This document shows, piece after piece, positions 26,318 through 39,724 of a stretch of 64,000 nt of DNA. The stretch lies in NCBI RefSeq assembly GCF_009914755.1, contig NC_060929.1; one strand, 5' to 3'. Position numbers and translations under genes: made by a program. Numbering within the stretch: position 1 is the stretch's first letter; each line of letters begins with the position of its first letter. The notes beneath the pieces are model-generated. The model saw nothing but the letters and a program-made list of their open reading frames with translations. It was not told where the DNA came from and made no database searches. Source of the stretch: the human T2T-CHM13v2.0 reference genome, Homo sapiens.

Positions 26318-29300
26318 GCCTCCTAGCCTTAACTAGCTCACTGTAGCACACAAAAACATAATAAGACAGCACAATAACTGCTCTAGTAAGAAAGAAAAAA
26401 GCCTGGTGAGACACATATAATGGTTCCATCTAGGCACCGGGTCACCACTAGCCTGTGGCAGAGCTAAAGTGAGAACCCACTTCCTCTTCCTCCTCATCCA
26501 TCAGTCTTTCCTCTGTACTAGCTTTATGCTATAATTATAATAGCTGCATCACTGGGCGTCGCCATGTACCATGTATTGTTCTAGGCATAGAATGTATTGC
26601 CTCAGATAATCCTTGCCAGTATTAAATGTCCACAAATATTGCTAGTGCCTGCAATGTCAATCACTGTGCTAAAGCTATATCATAGTGGAAAGACTCTCAC
26701 TGCTTAATAGGAAAATGCAGATGCACACACACTCAAACACACACACACCAGTGGTATGCTGTCTCTGCCCATTTCTGCCAGGTTTATAGCTCTCATAATA
26801 TTTGTTCCTCAGCCAGGTAATTTAGTCGGTTTCCAATTAGGAAAATAGGAATCATTCTAGGTCTTTCAACATCAGAAATTTAATGTAGGTAATATTAATA
26901 TCAACACTTCGCAGGTGAAGAAACTTAGGAATAGCCAGTAAGTAACTGTTCAATTCACACAGCTAGTAGATTGCTGCTCCAGGGCTTAAACCCATTATTC
27001 TGGCTTCAAAGTCCACTCTTTTAAGCGGAACCCCATAATTCCCCTCAATAGCAGGAAGTCTTATTTTTTTTTATCCCAACCGGAAAAGGGATCTGAGACC
27101 ATAGCAGAGAGGAGAGAAATTAAGCAGAGCCGCAAAGTGGGGTAAAGAGAACACAGAGAACAGACACAGAGAAAACAGGATGGCATAGGTCCAGGTTCAT
27201 AAGCATCTGGCTGAGCAGGTGGCATAGAGGGGTAGTGAGTAAGGTGAGTTGACCAGTAAGATGAGAATGGAAAGGTAAGCTGGGGCCAGAATAAGCGAGA
27301 TCTCATTTGATGTGAATATAAAATTGGGCTGGATTCTCTAAATGCTGGTAAGCTAATGATCTTGCAGTGAGAGATCATTTAATCTTACCTCCTCATTTTG
27401 CCAATCAAGAAACTGAGGGCCAGAGAGAAATGACTTGCCCAAGACTACAAAGCAAGTTAGTGGCAAAACTGGGGCCAGCAACCAGGTCTCCCACACCTAG
27501 TACCATCCAACTCTGTTAAACAATTCCTGCATAAGTGTATGAAAACTGAAATAATTTAAAAGAATGGCTCTTTCCATGTTTTCCCATGTCTTTCACCCAG
27601 TTTTCACCCCCCATTTTTTTAGGTGATTAAACTTTTTCCTAAGTTTCAGCTAATTAATATCTTCCCAACTAAAATAACTACTGTGGTTCAAAGCCAGAAT
27701 GATTTTATAGAAATTGCTAATGATGCAGTTTTCCTGTGTGGCTCAGTTGTATGTGGCAGAATGGCTCACAGGTACATTTTATAGACTAGAAGTGCCTGTA
27801 TTTCTTCTGTTTAGGTCTAACAGATACGTAGAGATATGGAGATAAACTAAACAGCCACTCTGGCTGGGTTTGTTTTACCAAACAAACATAGCAAGTCCGC
27901 AAACATTTGCTGGTGTGTGGTATATGCCAGGCACTATGTTAGAGTCCCAAGATCCAAAGATATATGAGCTCACTTCCAGATGAGCTCACTTCCAGATGAA
28001 AAGGCTTTCACTGTTTAGTAGTAAAATGCACATACATCCACATACACACACATCTGATATGCTGTCTTAGGGCTCCTCAGAGTAGTGATTCCCTAGCCAG
28101 TTGACTCAGTCTGGGTCCAACCAGGAAAATGTAAACCACTCTAAGTCTTTCAAAATAAGGAATATAAGGAACTGGATGCACAGGTAATGAAAAAGCTGAG
28201 AAGCCAAACGAGATGGTGAAGCACCACAGATATTAGCAACAGCAGGAAGATGCTACTGCCCCTGAGCCTGGAGGGACACAAGAACAGGTAGTGTTACCAG
28301 ATTTGGGAAGCCAGGACATTTATCAGGAGTACATGAAGCACTGATCACTGAGCACATGAAGCCATTGCTGGAGATGACACCAGAGGCAGAGAGAGAAGAG
28401 AAGAAACACCCAGCTTCTCCCCTCCCCTCCTTCGGTCTTTTATCATTGACTCCCATCAGCCAAACCTGCCTTGAAGAAACAGGGTAAGAGATCCTGTAGT
28501 GTGCAGGTCCCTGGGATGTTGAGCAGAGCTGGAGAATCATGAGGAAGGGAGCCGAGAGCAAGTGGCAGCTGCATGGCACACCAGGTGAGCTTGGGCAAAG
28601 CACTTAGTCTCTCAGTCTTAGTTTCCTTGTTGATAATTTAAGAAGAATAACATCTCTCAAGTTTGTTATGAAACTAATGTGAAATAAAGTATGTGTAGGC
28701 ATTTTATAAGCTTCAAAAAGCATGTATACAAATGTAAGGACTTTAATTCTTTGTTTTAATTCAATGTTTTAGATTTTAGGCTCTGGGGAAAAAAAGAAGT
28801 GAATGGTGTTTTAGTGTCACCAGGAACTTCATAATGCCTAGATAATTATCTAAGTAGAAGAAAATATCCTTTAATTGTACTGCTTGTTATCTCACTCTGT
28901 CTCTCTGGTCCATCTGTGAAGACCACTGAGTGATTTTGAGGAAATTGGCACATAACTGAAAGGATGTCACAGTATACTCTCGATCCTATTTGGAGATGTG
29001 TCCATGGCTTTGAGTCAAAAAGTGACAAGAAATAGGATTCTAGAAATTACTTCAAGACCATTTATTCCACTCTTTTAATTTCAAAGAGGACCAGAGGGGA
29101 GAAGGGATATGGGCACATGGCACAAGCTCAGTAAATCTCTCTTAAAGGAATTTACACAATGACACATGCCAATTTCTTTGCTGAGAGAGACATAGAGCCC
29201 TGGAAGACCCTCACTCCTTCCTTGACTGGCCCTCTCTTCCTTGGACTTTAGGGTTTCAAATCAGTCTTATATAATAATAGTTTGTACTTTCAATTTTTCC

Positions 29301-29376
29301 TTCTGTTTCATTATATTTAGGCTTCCTTTCTTTCCTTTTAGTCTTTTATCTCTTCTTTCTAATCACTTTGACTTGA

Positions 29377-29884
<508 letters not shown>

Positions 29885-30384
29885 TGATCCTTTTCTTTCT
29901 ACTGGCACAAAGTCCAGGCCACAGCCAGAACTGCTGACTAAATACTGGGGTACTCACACCTGGCCCATAAGAATGGCAGTAATTCTATCTGATACAATGT
30001 GGTTTGACCCTCTAAGCAAAAGTGATCCTATCTTCTTTAACTTTTTATGCGTTTCAGGGGCAGTTGTTAAATGAACAATAAAGTTTAGGGTGTATTCCTC
30101 ACTGTGGAAAGACTGTTTTGATTGCCTCTAAGTTTCCTTCTAGCTCTGACATTTAAGAAATCAGTATTATTCCACCAAAGAAACCCTATTATGGTCACAA
30201 AGGCCGTAAGATAGTAATGATCCCCTGAGTGACTCATGGAATTCCCAGTGGTCCACTGTGAATTGACATTTTACGGGTACAGAGGCTGTGGCATCTTAAA
30301 ATGTCAGAGCTGGAGGAGCGTCAGTCATTATCTGCTACCAGTGCATTCGGGAGTCTGGGACCTGAAGCTTATTGGTATCTACTC

Positions 30385-31420
30385 ACTGAATCCTTCAACG
30401 GAGATTTATTTTTATTGTTCTCATGCCACGTGCCAGGCATTGTACTAGGTCTTGAGGTACAGTAACAATTAAGATAGATGAGGTACCTGACTTCACATAT
30501 ACCAGTGAGGCAAAATGCACGATAACAAGGAAAAGATAATAAAGTTTGTAATATTTGCTTAAAAGATATAAATAATGTCATGGATTTATTCACTGTGTTC
30601 AATGGACAGTGAATAACTTGGGGGGAGGGAGATGACTGCAGAAGTGACTCTTAAGACGAGATCTGAACCTTGAGAAGAAACCAGCTGTGGAAACCAGGGT
30701 TTAAAAAAAGAAAAAAAGATAGGCAGAGAAAATGAGACATGCAAAGTCTCAGAGGCAGGAAAGAGCTTGGTATATTTAAGGAGTGGACAGGCAGCCAATC
30801 TGGCTAGAATTAAATAGAAGAAAATTAGTATGAGGAGTGGCTGGAGGAGTTGGCTGGGGCCAGATCAACCTCATAGGCCCTAGTAAGGAGTTTCGGTTTC
30901 ATTCTAAGAGTGGGAAGACTGAAGGCTTTTCTGCAGGTAAGTGACATGATCTGGTCTACATTTCTTAAAGACAGCTCTGAGTGCAGTAAGGAAAATGATC
31001 TGTAGGAGAGAGAATGAGGCTATCGCAATAGTCCAGACCAAAACTATCTATCTATCTATATCTCTATCTATCTATATCCATATCTCCATAGGGATATACA
31101 TAGATATATGGATATAGATATCTATATAGATATAGATATAGATTAATTTCAAAGAGGACCAGAGGGGAGAAGGAATATGGGCACATGGCACAAGCTCAGT
31201 GTGCCATATATCGATATATATCGATGTATATCTATATAGATACAAAATTGGAATCAGTGGAGCTGGGAAGAAGTAGAGGAGTTTGAGATATATTTAGGAA
31301 GCAGAGCCTATAAGACATGCTGATCACTTGCATACATAAACTGAGAGAACTAGAGGTATAGAAGACTTCTAGAACTTGGAGAAATTGGATGAATGGATGT
31401 ATTGTTATTGATGTAATGAA
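30385..31420 (-). mobile_element. L2 LINE fragment, interrupted at 31044-31242
   Basis: TTCAAC..ATTTATT...TGCCAGGCATTGTACTAGG and L2 body motifs (GTGACATGATCTGG, ATAGTCCAG). Confidence 0.65.
31044..31242. repeat. (TATC/GATA/TA)n composite microsatellite containing a 58-bp insert
   Basis: CTAT repeats switch to GATA repeats; non-repetitive insert at 31143-31200. Confidence 0.9.
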
Positions 31421-31559
31421 CCTTAGAGGTGGGTGGGATCAGAAAGATCTATTTGCTTTCAAAGGAAATGGGGAGTGGACAGGTATGTTGGCAGCATAAG
31501 AACTGGAATAACAGCACATCTCATTCATGCCTTAAAAGAACGTGAAACTTTGAATGTAC

Positions 31560-31710
31560 AGCAATGGTATTCAATAGGTATGACTTTGCCCCTAAAGGAC
31601 ATAGACACCAGGGATGTTGCTAAATATCCTCCAATGCACAACACAACCCTCACGACAAAGAGTTATCTGGCCAAAAATATCAATAGGGCTGAGGTTGGGA
31701 ATCCCAACCT
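31560..31710 (+). mobile_element. MER20, internally deleted
   Basis: GACTTTGCCCCTAAAGGACA...AAAGAGTTATCTGGCCAAAAATATCAATAGGGCTGAGGTTG. Confidence 0.7.
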
Positions 31711-32164
31711 TACAGGTTGCCTTTTTGGCATTTATGCAAATGAAGTCCCAGAGAAGATGATTCTGGAAGGTGTCACTGCAGATAGAGTGTGAGGAAGGGG
31801 CCTGGATTAGCTTCTGTGGTAGAGGCTGGTGGGAGCTGGTGAGTTATGGGGTTTGCAGAGTTTTCCTGCGAGTGGAACAGTCTCCAGGAGAGGGTCTGAA
31901 CCCTCTGGGGCCTTGGAAAGAACAGAACATTGATTGAATTCAATTAGAAGGCCCTGGACGCAGTGGGAGATGAGGTGGATATGCCGTCTAGTGAGAACTC
32001 AACTAAGCAAAAGGATTGATGGCTGTGAGTCTGGGCAAAGTCAAGGGTTTCCAGGGGAAGAAAAGGAGCATGGGAATCCTAAGGGACATGGGGAGAGGGA
32101 ACGGGAACTCCTGTTTGAATCCAGGCTTCTTGGGGCAGGTGTTCAAACTAGAAGTCATCTAGAG

Positions 32165-32335
32165 TCTATTAGTTCTCGTGCCTGCCTACACAGTAAAATC
32201 ACCTGGGGAGATTTTCAATGTACTAATGCTCCAGCTGGGCCCCACCCCAGAGACTGTGATTAAATTAGTCTGGATTAAAATTCCAGCACTGGAATTTTAA
32301 AAGCTACTCCAGATATTCTGGGTTGAGAACTACCC
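32165..32335. mobile_element. MER5A
   Basis: AAATCACCTGGGGAG...GGGCCCCACCCCAGAGACTGTGATT...GGGTTGAGAACTAC. Confidence 0.65.
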
Positions 32336-32339
32336 TTCT

Positions 32340-32660
32340 AAGCATTGTACACTCTGATGCCTATGGGGCCAGACAAGTAAAGGAAAAGAGGGACAGGGTA
32401 GGCCCTGCCTAAGTGGGCAGCCTCTGCTCAGCCGTTGGCTGCTCTTGCCTTGTAGAAATCGGCACTGTGTTGCCAAATCTTCCTGTCCTCTTGTTTTTTT
32501 TGTTTTGTTTTGTTTTGTTTTGTTTTGTTTTGTTTTCTGAGAAGCCTAAAATCCAGATTTTTAAAATGTTGGCTCTAAATATTTTAAAATCCCATGCCAA
32601 ACAAAACATGACTGCAGAGCACATATTGGGCCTCTGGGCTGTCATCTAGCAACCTCTGAC
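32340..32660 (-). mobile_element. MER102-like hAT fossil containing (TTTTG)n at 32492-32536
   Basis: GCCAAACAAAACATG.CTGC...GCAACCTCTG end; similar elements at ~40785-41110 and ~44500-44820. Confidence 0.55.
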
Positions 32661-33789
32661 CCAGCCCAGTGGTTTTCACACTTTTTTTTAACCACAAGAG
32701 GTTTTCTCCAAGCAACTTGTTTTGTAGAACTGTTATAAATTAAATAAACTTAACCAGAACCTTGGTTTAGAGCAGGACAGAGACACACTCAGCCTCTCCT
32801 TCTAGCCCAAGGCGGTTCTTAATGCTGCTCCTGAGACCTTCTGGTTCTTGGGAACTTCTCTGGTCCATTTGCCAGATGAGAAAACCGAAGTCTTCATAAT
32901 ACAGTCCTGGAGCAGAACCTGCCCCACAGGGCCACTTAGAAATATGTGTGGGGACCTTTGGAGTTGTCTCAATGACAAAGTTGGCACTACCTGGCACTCA
33001 GTGGCTGGCAGCCAGGGATACTAAACTTCCTGCAATGTCCAAGACAATAAAGAATTACCCTACACAAAATGCCAATCACTCCCTGCTGGGAAATATCAGA
33101 TGCAGAAGTGGAGACCCAAGAGAGGGAACATCATCTGGCATGATCATGGCAAATACACTCTAGAACTTTGGCCTCTGCCCCAACGACTTAAGAACTTTCA
33201 TCTGCACCCATAAGGAGGGGTCACTGGCAGAGCTGAGTTGGCCATACTCCAAAACACAGGAGAAAAAGAGATATTTTAAAATTAAAGCCAAGTAGCCTCT
33301 TGAGGTGGGACAGCCATTATGTTAAAAAGCTAAGTGCCAGGTTTTGAGAAGCAACTTGGAAGGAAATGGGGACTGTGATATCTTCGGCCTGGGCCAGAGG
33401 CCAGTGGCTGGTACTGGAAGGGGGCAGATCAGCTGCAGCAAGGAGCAGGGGTGCTGGGACATGCTGGAGTCAGGGCAGCTGCACAGGTTTGTTGGCTCCA
33501 TGGGTCATTTAATCCCTAGGCCAAAATATGCCAAGTTCAAAAATAGGATGTGGGAGTAAAAGGTGAAAGGAGGGTGTCCTCAACACTCCAAGGAAATAGA
33601 GCCAAAAGAAAAATCATCTTCATATTTTTGTCATCACAATGCCACACATTGTACAGAGTTTCACTATTTGTAAAACCATTACAACAGGATCACCTTCTCA
33701 AGAAGTGCCAGGCAAGGGGAGAAGTATCCCTATTTTACAGGCAAGGAAATGGAGCCTCAGGTTCATGCTTATCTGGCGCCTACCCTATC

Positions 33790-34094
<305 letters not shown>

Positions 34095-34480
34095 TCTGGC
34101 TTCTACCCTTTCAAGATCTGAGTTTATTTGTTCATGCTTACTTTCACCATCCACATGATGAAGGTCAAGAGAGGTATTCCCATTCTCGGTGTGTAGATTA
34201 GACTAGCAGTTCCCAAACTGTGGTGGGCATCAGAGTTATCTGGGAAACTTGGTAAAAACACAGCAGGCCCTATCCGATTAGAAGAAAGGAGCCTGTGTCT
34301 CCTTCACACTATCAGCACTCACTCCAGGTGATTCTGATCATCACCAATACCCCAACAGGTCTAACCCAGGTCAACAAGACAAGCCCACTTACACAGTGCT
34401 TGGATGTCACAGCAATGTCAAGTTACTACATGGGTCTAAATATTTCTCCTCTCAGCCAGTGATGGAGCTGAGGCAACATC

Positions 34481-34672
34481 CAGTGGTGTGCTAGTCAGCC
34501 AGCTCTCCATGACGGGGGATCCCTGACTTGTAGTATTCGTCTATTTCTATGGTGTAACTACTGGGGTCATGGCCAATTTCAAAGTACTGAGGTGACATCA
34601 CTGAAGATGGAGTTGAGAAGAGGTGCACACAATTAGCTCTTTTGAGACAGTCTGAGCCAGCTTCAGCATGCA
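34481..34672 (-). mobile_element. MER63-like hAT DNA transposon
   Basis: CAGTGGTGTGCT end; CATGGCCAATTTCAA...GTGACATCACTGAA...GAGTTGAGAAGAGGTGCACA. Confidence 0.65.
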
Positions 34673-37600
34673 TCTTTCAGGTCTCATCTTCAAAGATGGT
34701 GATCTTTCCCCTAAAATATCCAGAGCTGGGATGTGGGACAGGCTCATGACAGTAACAAGGAGCACATGTTCTATAACATCATTTTCAGGGGACAACAACA
34801 TCGATTACTGCTATTCTACCATTATCTTCGAAAAGCAATAGACATAATTTTGAATTTCAACTTTGTGACTATTGACTGTGTGATGTTGAATGAGTCTCAA
34901 CCCTCTCTGGGCATCATATTTCCCATACTTAAACTAGAAATAATAATACATTCCTCAAAGAAAAACCATAAAGGCCCAAGGATGTGATATATGTAAAATA
35001 TGTAAGAGTACTTGGCAACTAGTTGTACACAATAAAGGTTTGTGCCATTCTCGTCCTCTCTCACATACTTCACATTTTGAAACCTAGAAAGGACCTCATC
35101 ACTCTTCCCATGTAGATGCCTTGCTAGTGAATCAGAGACTCAAGAAGGGCAAGTGCTTTGCTCAACAAATTACAGGCAGCTGGTATGGAAGCCACCCGAC
35201 ATGAAAAAAAAATTGTCCCTAGGTTATAGTCTTCTTTCTGCAGACCAATCTGGGAGTCAAGCTGTGGAAATTCTACATGTTTGCATTGGAATGATTTTGT
35301 CACAGTCACTATCCTTGTAAAAGTTTTGATAGAGATGTCTGGAGGTATTTTGCCTTAGCAGCCTGGGCTTCGGAACTGGGCTTGCCCTGTAGCAGGTCAC
35401 TTGCACCTTTCTGCCACAGATGACGGAAACATTTAAAGTTATGGATTGTGTCTCTGCATCCTCTTCCCTTCACACCAGCCAATGTGTTTTTCATTTCTCT
35501 TGGCTGGCTCAATTTCCCACATGTTCTCCCAAGCTCTTCCTCTCCACTCCCCAGGGCTTCCCACAACAAACCTGCGTGCTTTGGCGTCTTAGTAGGAGGG
35601 GCTGCTGAAATTCATACCGGATATGCCTTTGGCTGTGTTTATCAGCCCCAGCCCAGGCTCCCTTGGCTGAAGGTGGCTGAAGCAGAGGGCTTTGACTATT
35701 CAGGTGGCCCCAGCCTGCCTGCACCCTATCCCTGAAAGCAACCTGCCCATTCGGCCTGAGAGGATGGAAACTTCCAGCTCTGCCATCTGTTCAGGACCTC
35801 CTGAGCAAAGACCTTCTCTTCTACACATCAGTTTCCTTAACTGTGAAAACAACAACAATAATAGTATCTTTGTTTTATGTGAACCACTTTGCTTTTCACA
35901 GTAATCCCTTTACCGGTGGCTTCCCGTTTAATCTCCATTACAGCCTGTGAAGTAGGGGATACTATGACGGGCCCATAACATGCAGAGCTAGGACAACAGC
36001 CCCGGTCTGCTCATGCCAAGAGTGAGCAGGAAATTTTGCCCTGTCCATTAGCTGTCTCTTTCATTTAAATGAGAAGGATGGGCTGTGTCTCTATTTTGCC
36101 ATGTAGAACCTGCTTCATTTGCTTGCCTCCTCTTCTTCGCTCCTCTCTTTCCCTCTCTTCCTATGAAAGTAGCTTTGCTCTCTGACAGCCCTGGGGGTAG
36201 CTGGGCACACACAGCGTATGTGAGAGCCTCACAGAGCAGAGGGCTAATTAGAAGGCATTCACTCTTTAACTCCCCATCTGAATTCCTGGTTAGAAGAGGC
36301 AACAGAAATTTTCCTGCTCTTTTCTGTTCTTGTATTTTTCCTTCATCTGTGTACTTGTGCCTTGCTACCAAATACTCCTTTTGGACATGGGATGTACACA
36401 TTTGTTGTGTTTTTGTTTTCTTTCTTTTCCCTTTTTTTTTTTTTTTTTTTTTTGGTAGGGAGTCAGACAGAACAAAAAGCATTTGAATAATTCAACAGTT
36501 CCACAGACATCTAGGCTGAACGGGGACAACAGAGAGAACTTGCTTGTCCCATTTAACTGTTGCTTAGGAATGTAAAGAGGTGAGCACTTAGAATCTAGAA
36601 AAAATTTTAGGAGAAGTGGTTTCCCAATGCATCCTGAATGTCCCACTCTGTACTCTACTTTCTCCATCAGTCAAAGCCTTCTCTGTATCTCTAATTGGAA
36701 TTAACTTCTCTTTTCTAAATGCAAACCCTATCTCGCAACCCATTGACCATACTTCCTTTGAGCACTTCTTCCTTCTCTGTGTCACTGACCTAGTTTTCTT
36801 GGATTGTAAATTCTTTTATTGTAAAGACTAATTTTTAATCTTATTTTTTGTGTGTTCACCATTGCAGCTCCCATCATCACCACCTAATAATAATTATAAT
36901 GATAGCCGCTTCCATGTATTAAGCGTTGCTCTTTGTCAGAGACTATTCAAACAACATCTTATCTAATCTTACATCAGCCTATTGAGACATGTAATTTTAC
37001 TTTTAAATAACTTTCCAAGAATTATGTAAGTAAGAGGCGGAGCTAGGATTTCCAACTCAGGTTTGTCACATTCTTTAATTCCCAAGCTGGTGTTTCCAAG
37101 TTCTGTGATATTCTGCAAAGCGCAGTGCGTGAGAGAAAAAGCCCTCTATGAGAAATTCCACTCTTGTCTTACTAAGATTCGGCACCATCTGAAAAAAAAA
37201 AAAAGAACAACTAAAAGGTCATTTCATCCCACCCTCTCATTTCACTGATGAAGGTTTTAAGACAAAGGGGAGAAAGTGAGCCAAACCTAGGTTGCCCAGA
37301 CGGTGGGTAGCTCAGCATAACACCCAGCCTCACCCCATTTCCCCTGCTGCCTCCAACCTCTTGTTAGGCCTCTCACTTTCCTAAAGAGTTTATGATATGA
37401 TATGCGGAACAGGAATTGCTCAGTATTGAAAAGCTTAGGCAGGAAGAAGGTGTGGGCAAAAACGTGTATCATGCTTCATGATCACACTGTATAGGACACC
37501 AGGGACACCCAGCTTCCCTGAAGTTTTACTTTCCCAAAAAGTTGTGCGTAAATGAGATGCTGGCTTTCCCTTTCTGGTAAGTCAGCCTCCAGTGGGTGAG

Positions 37601-37729
37601 TCAGGTTGGCTCGTGGCTGGGAGTCTGTGTCATGGCTTTGCCTTTGTGCAGGTTGTCAGTTGATTGTATGTATATGGACTTTAGGATATACAGATGATAT
37701 ATACATATCATCGCTTACTGTCTGGCTTA

Positions 37730-37907
37730 CCATCGACTGTTTATACCAGATAATTCTTTGCCATGGGCCTGCCTTGTGCATTCTAAGATGTTGGATAGCC
37801 TCCCAGGCCTCTACTCACTAAATGCCAGTAGCACCTCTCTTCCCCCAGTTATCACAACTGAAAATCTTTTAAGACATTGCAAAATATCCCTTGGGGGAGA
37901 AAGCACC
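37730..37907 (-). mobile_element. MER20 interrupted by an MST LTR
   Basis: CCAGATAATTCTTTG...ATGCCAGTAGCACC...AGACATTGCAAAATATCCCTTGGGGG. Confidence 0.8.
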
Positions 37908-38288
37908 TGTATTAGTCTGTTTTCACACTGCTATAAAGAAATACCTGAGACTGGGTAATTTTCAAACAAGAGAGGTTTAATTGATTCACATTTCTGCCTG
38001 GCTGGGGAAGCCTCAGGAAATTTATAATAATGGTGGAAGGCAAAGGGGAAGCAAGGCACTTTCTTCACAAGGTGGCAGGAGAGAGAGAGAGTGAAGGGGG
38101 AAGCACCAGGCACTTATCAAACAACCATATCTTGTGAGAACTCACGCACTATCAGAAAAACATTATAGGGGAAACTGCCCCCATGATCCAATCACCTCCC
38201 ACCAGGTCCCTCCCTTGACATGAGGGTATTACAATTTGGATTACAATTCGAGATGAGATTTGGGTGAGGATACAGTCAAACCATATCT
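37908..38288 (-). mobile_element. MSTA-like solo LTR (MaLR)
   Basis: TGTATTAGTCTGTTTTCACACTGCTATAAAGAAATACCTGAGACTGGG...AAACCATATC; TSD GCACC/GGACC. Confidence 0.9.
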
Positions 38289-38547
38289 GGACCTCTGGCT
38301 GATTTGGTCTCATCTTCCTCTGAGTCCTTTGGTGAGGAGGGAAATGCTAATTGGTGAAGAGAGCAAATATCCAAAACTCCAGCTAGAATATTTATTCTAA
38401 GGATGCTCTGTCTGGGATTTCAAAATATTTTTATGGTTTCCATGTATTGCATCCCTGCATGCCTGCTGTGCATCCAATAGTAGCTAAGTGTTTTAACTCA
38501 GTTGTTCCACACAAGAATCCTGCAGGACAGCTATCATTGTTTCCACA

Positions 38548-39065
38548 TGTATTCATTGGGGTTCTCCAGAGAAACAAAACCAATAGGACATGCGTGTGTG
38601 TGTGCACACGTGTGTGTGTTTTAAAGGAGATTTATTTTAAAGAATCAGCTTATGTGATTATGGAAGCTGACAAGTCCCAAGATCAGCAGTTTGCAAGCTG
38701 GAGACCCAGAAAAACTGATAATGTAGTACAAGTCCAAACATTGGCAGACTTGAGACCTGGGAAGAGCCAATGTTTTAGTTTAAGTCTGTCAGTAAAAAGA
38801 AACCAATGTGCCAGCTCAAAGGCAGACAAGCATGGGAATTTTCTATTATAGGGAGGAAGGTCAGCCTTTTTTTCCTATTCAGGTCTTCAATGGATTGGAC
38901 GGGAACCATCCACATTAGGGAGGGCAATCTGCTTTACTTAGTCTCCCAAATCAAATGTTAATCTCATCCAGAAATATCAGCACACACAACCTTAGAATAA
39001 TGTCTGACCAAATGTCTGGGCACCCAATAGCTCAGTCAAGTTGACACATAAAATTAACCATCACT
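38548..39065 (-). mobile_element. MLT2-family solo LTR (ERVL)
   Basis: GGGTTCTCCAGAGAAACA.AACCAATAGG, internal (TG)n, end AAGTTGACACATAAAATTAACCATCAC. Confidence 0.88.
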
Positions 39066-39066
39066 T

Positions 39067-39724
<658 letters not shown>

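Noticed and set aside
36688-36808. The 121-bp gap in the duplicated copy as a spliced-out intron (a retrocopy of an unknown transcript)
   Set aside because: No register gives GT...AG on either strand, the gap is bounded by TGTA microhomology, and the insert has no poly-A or TSD.
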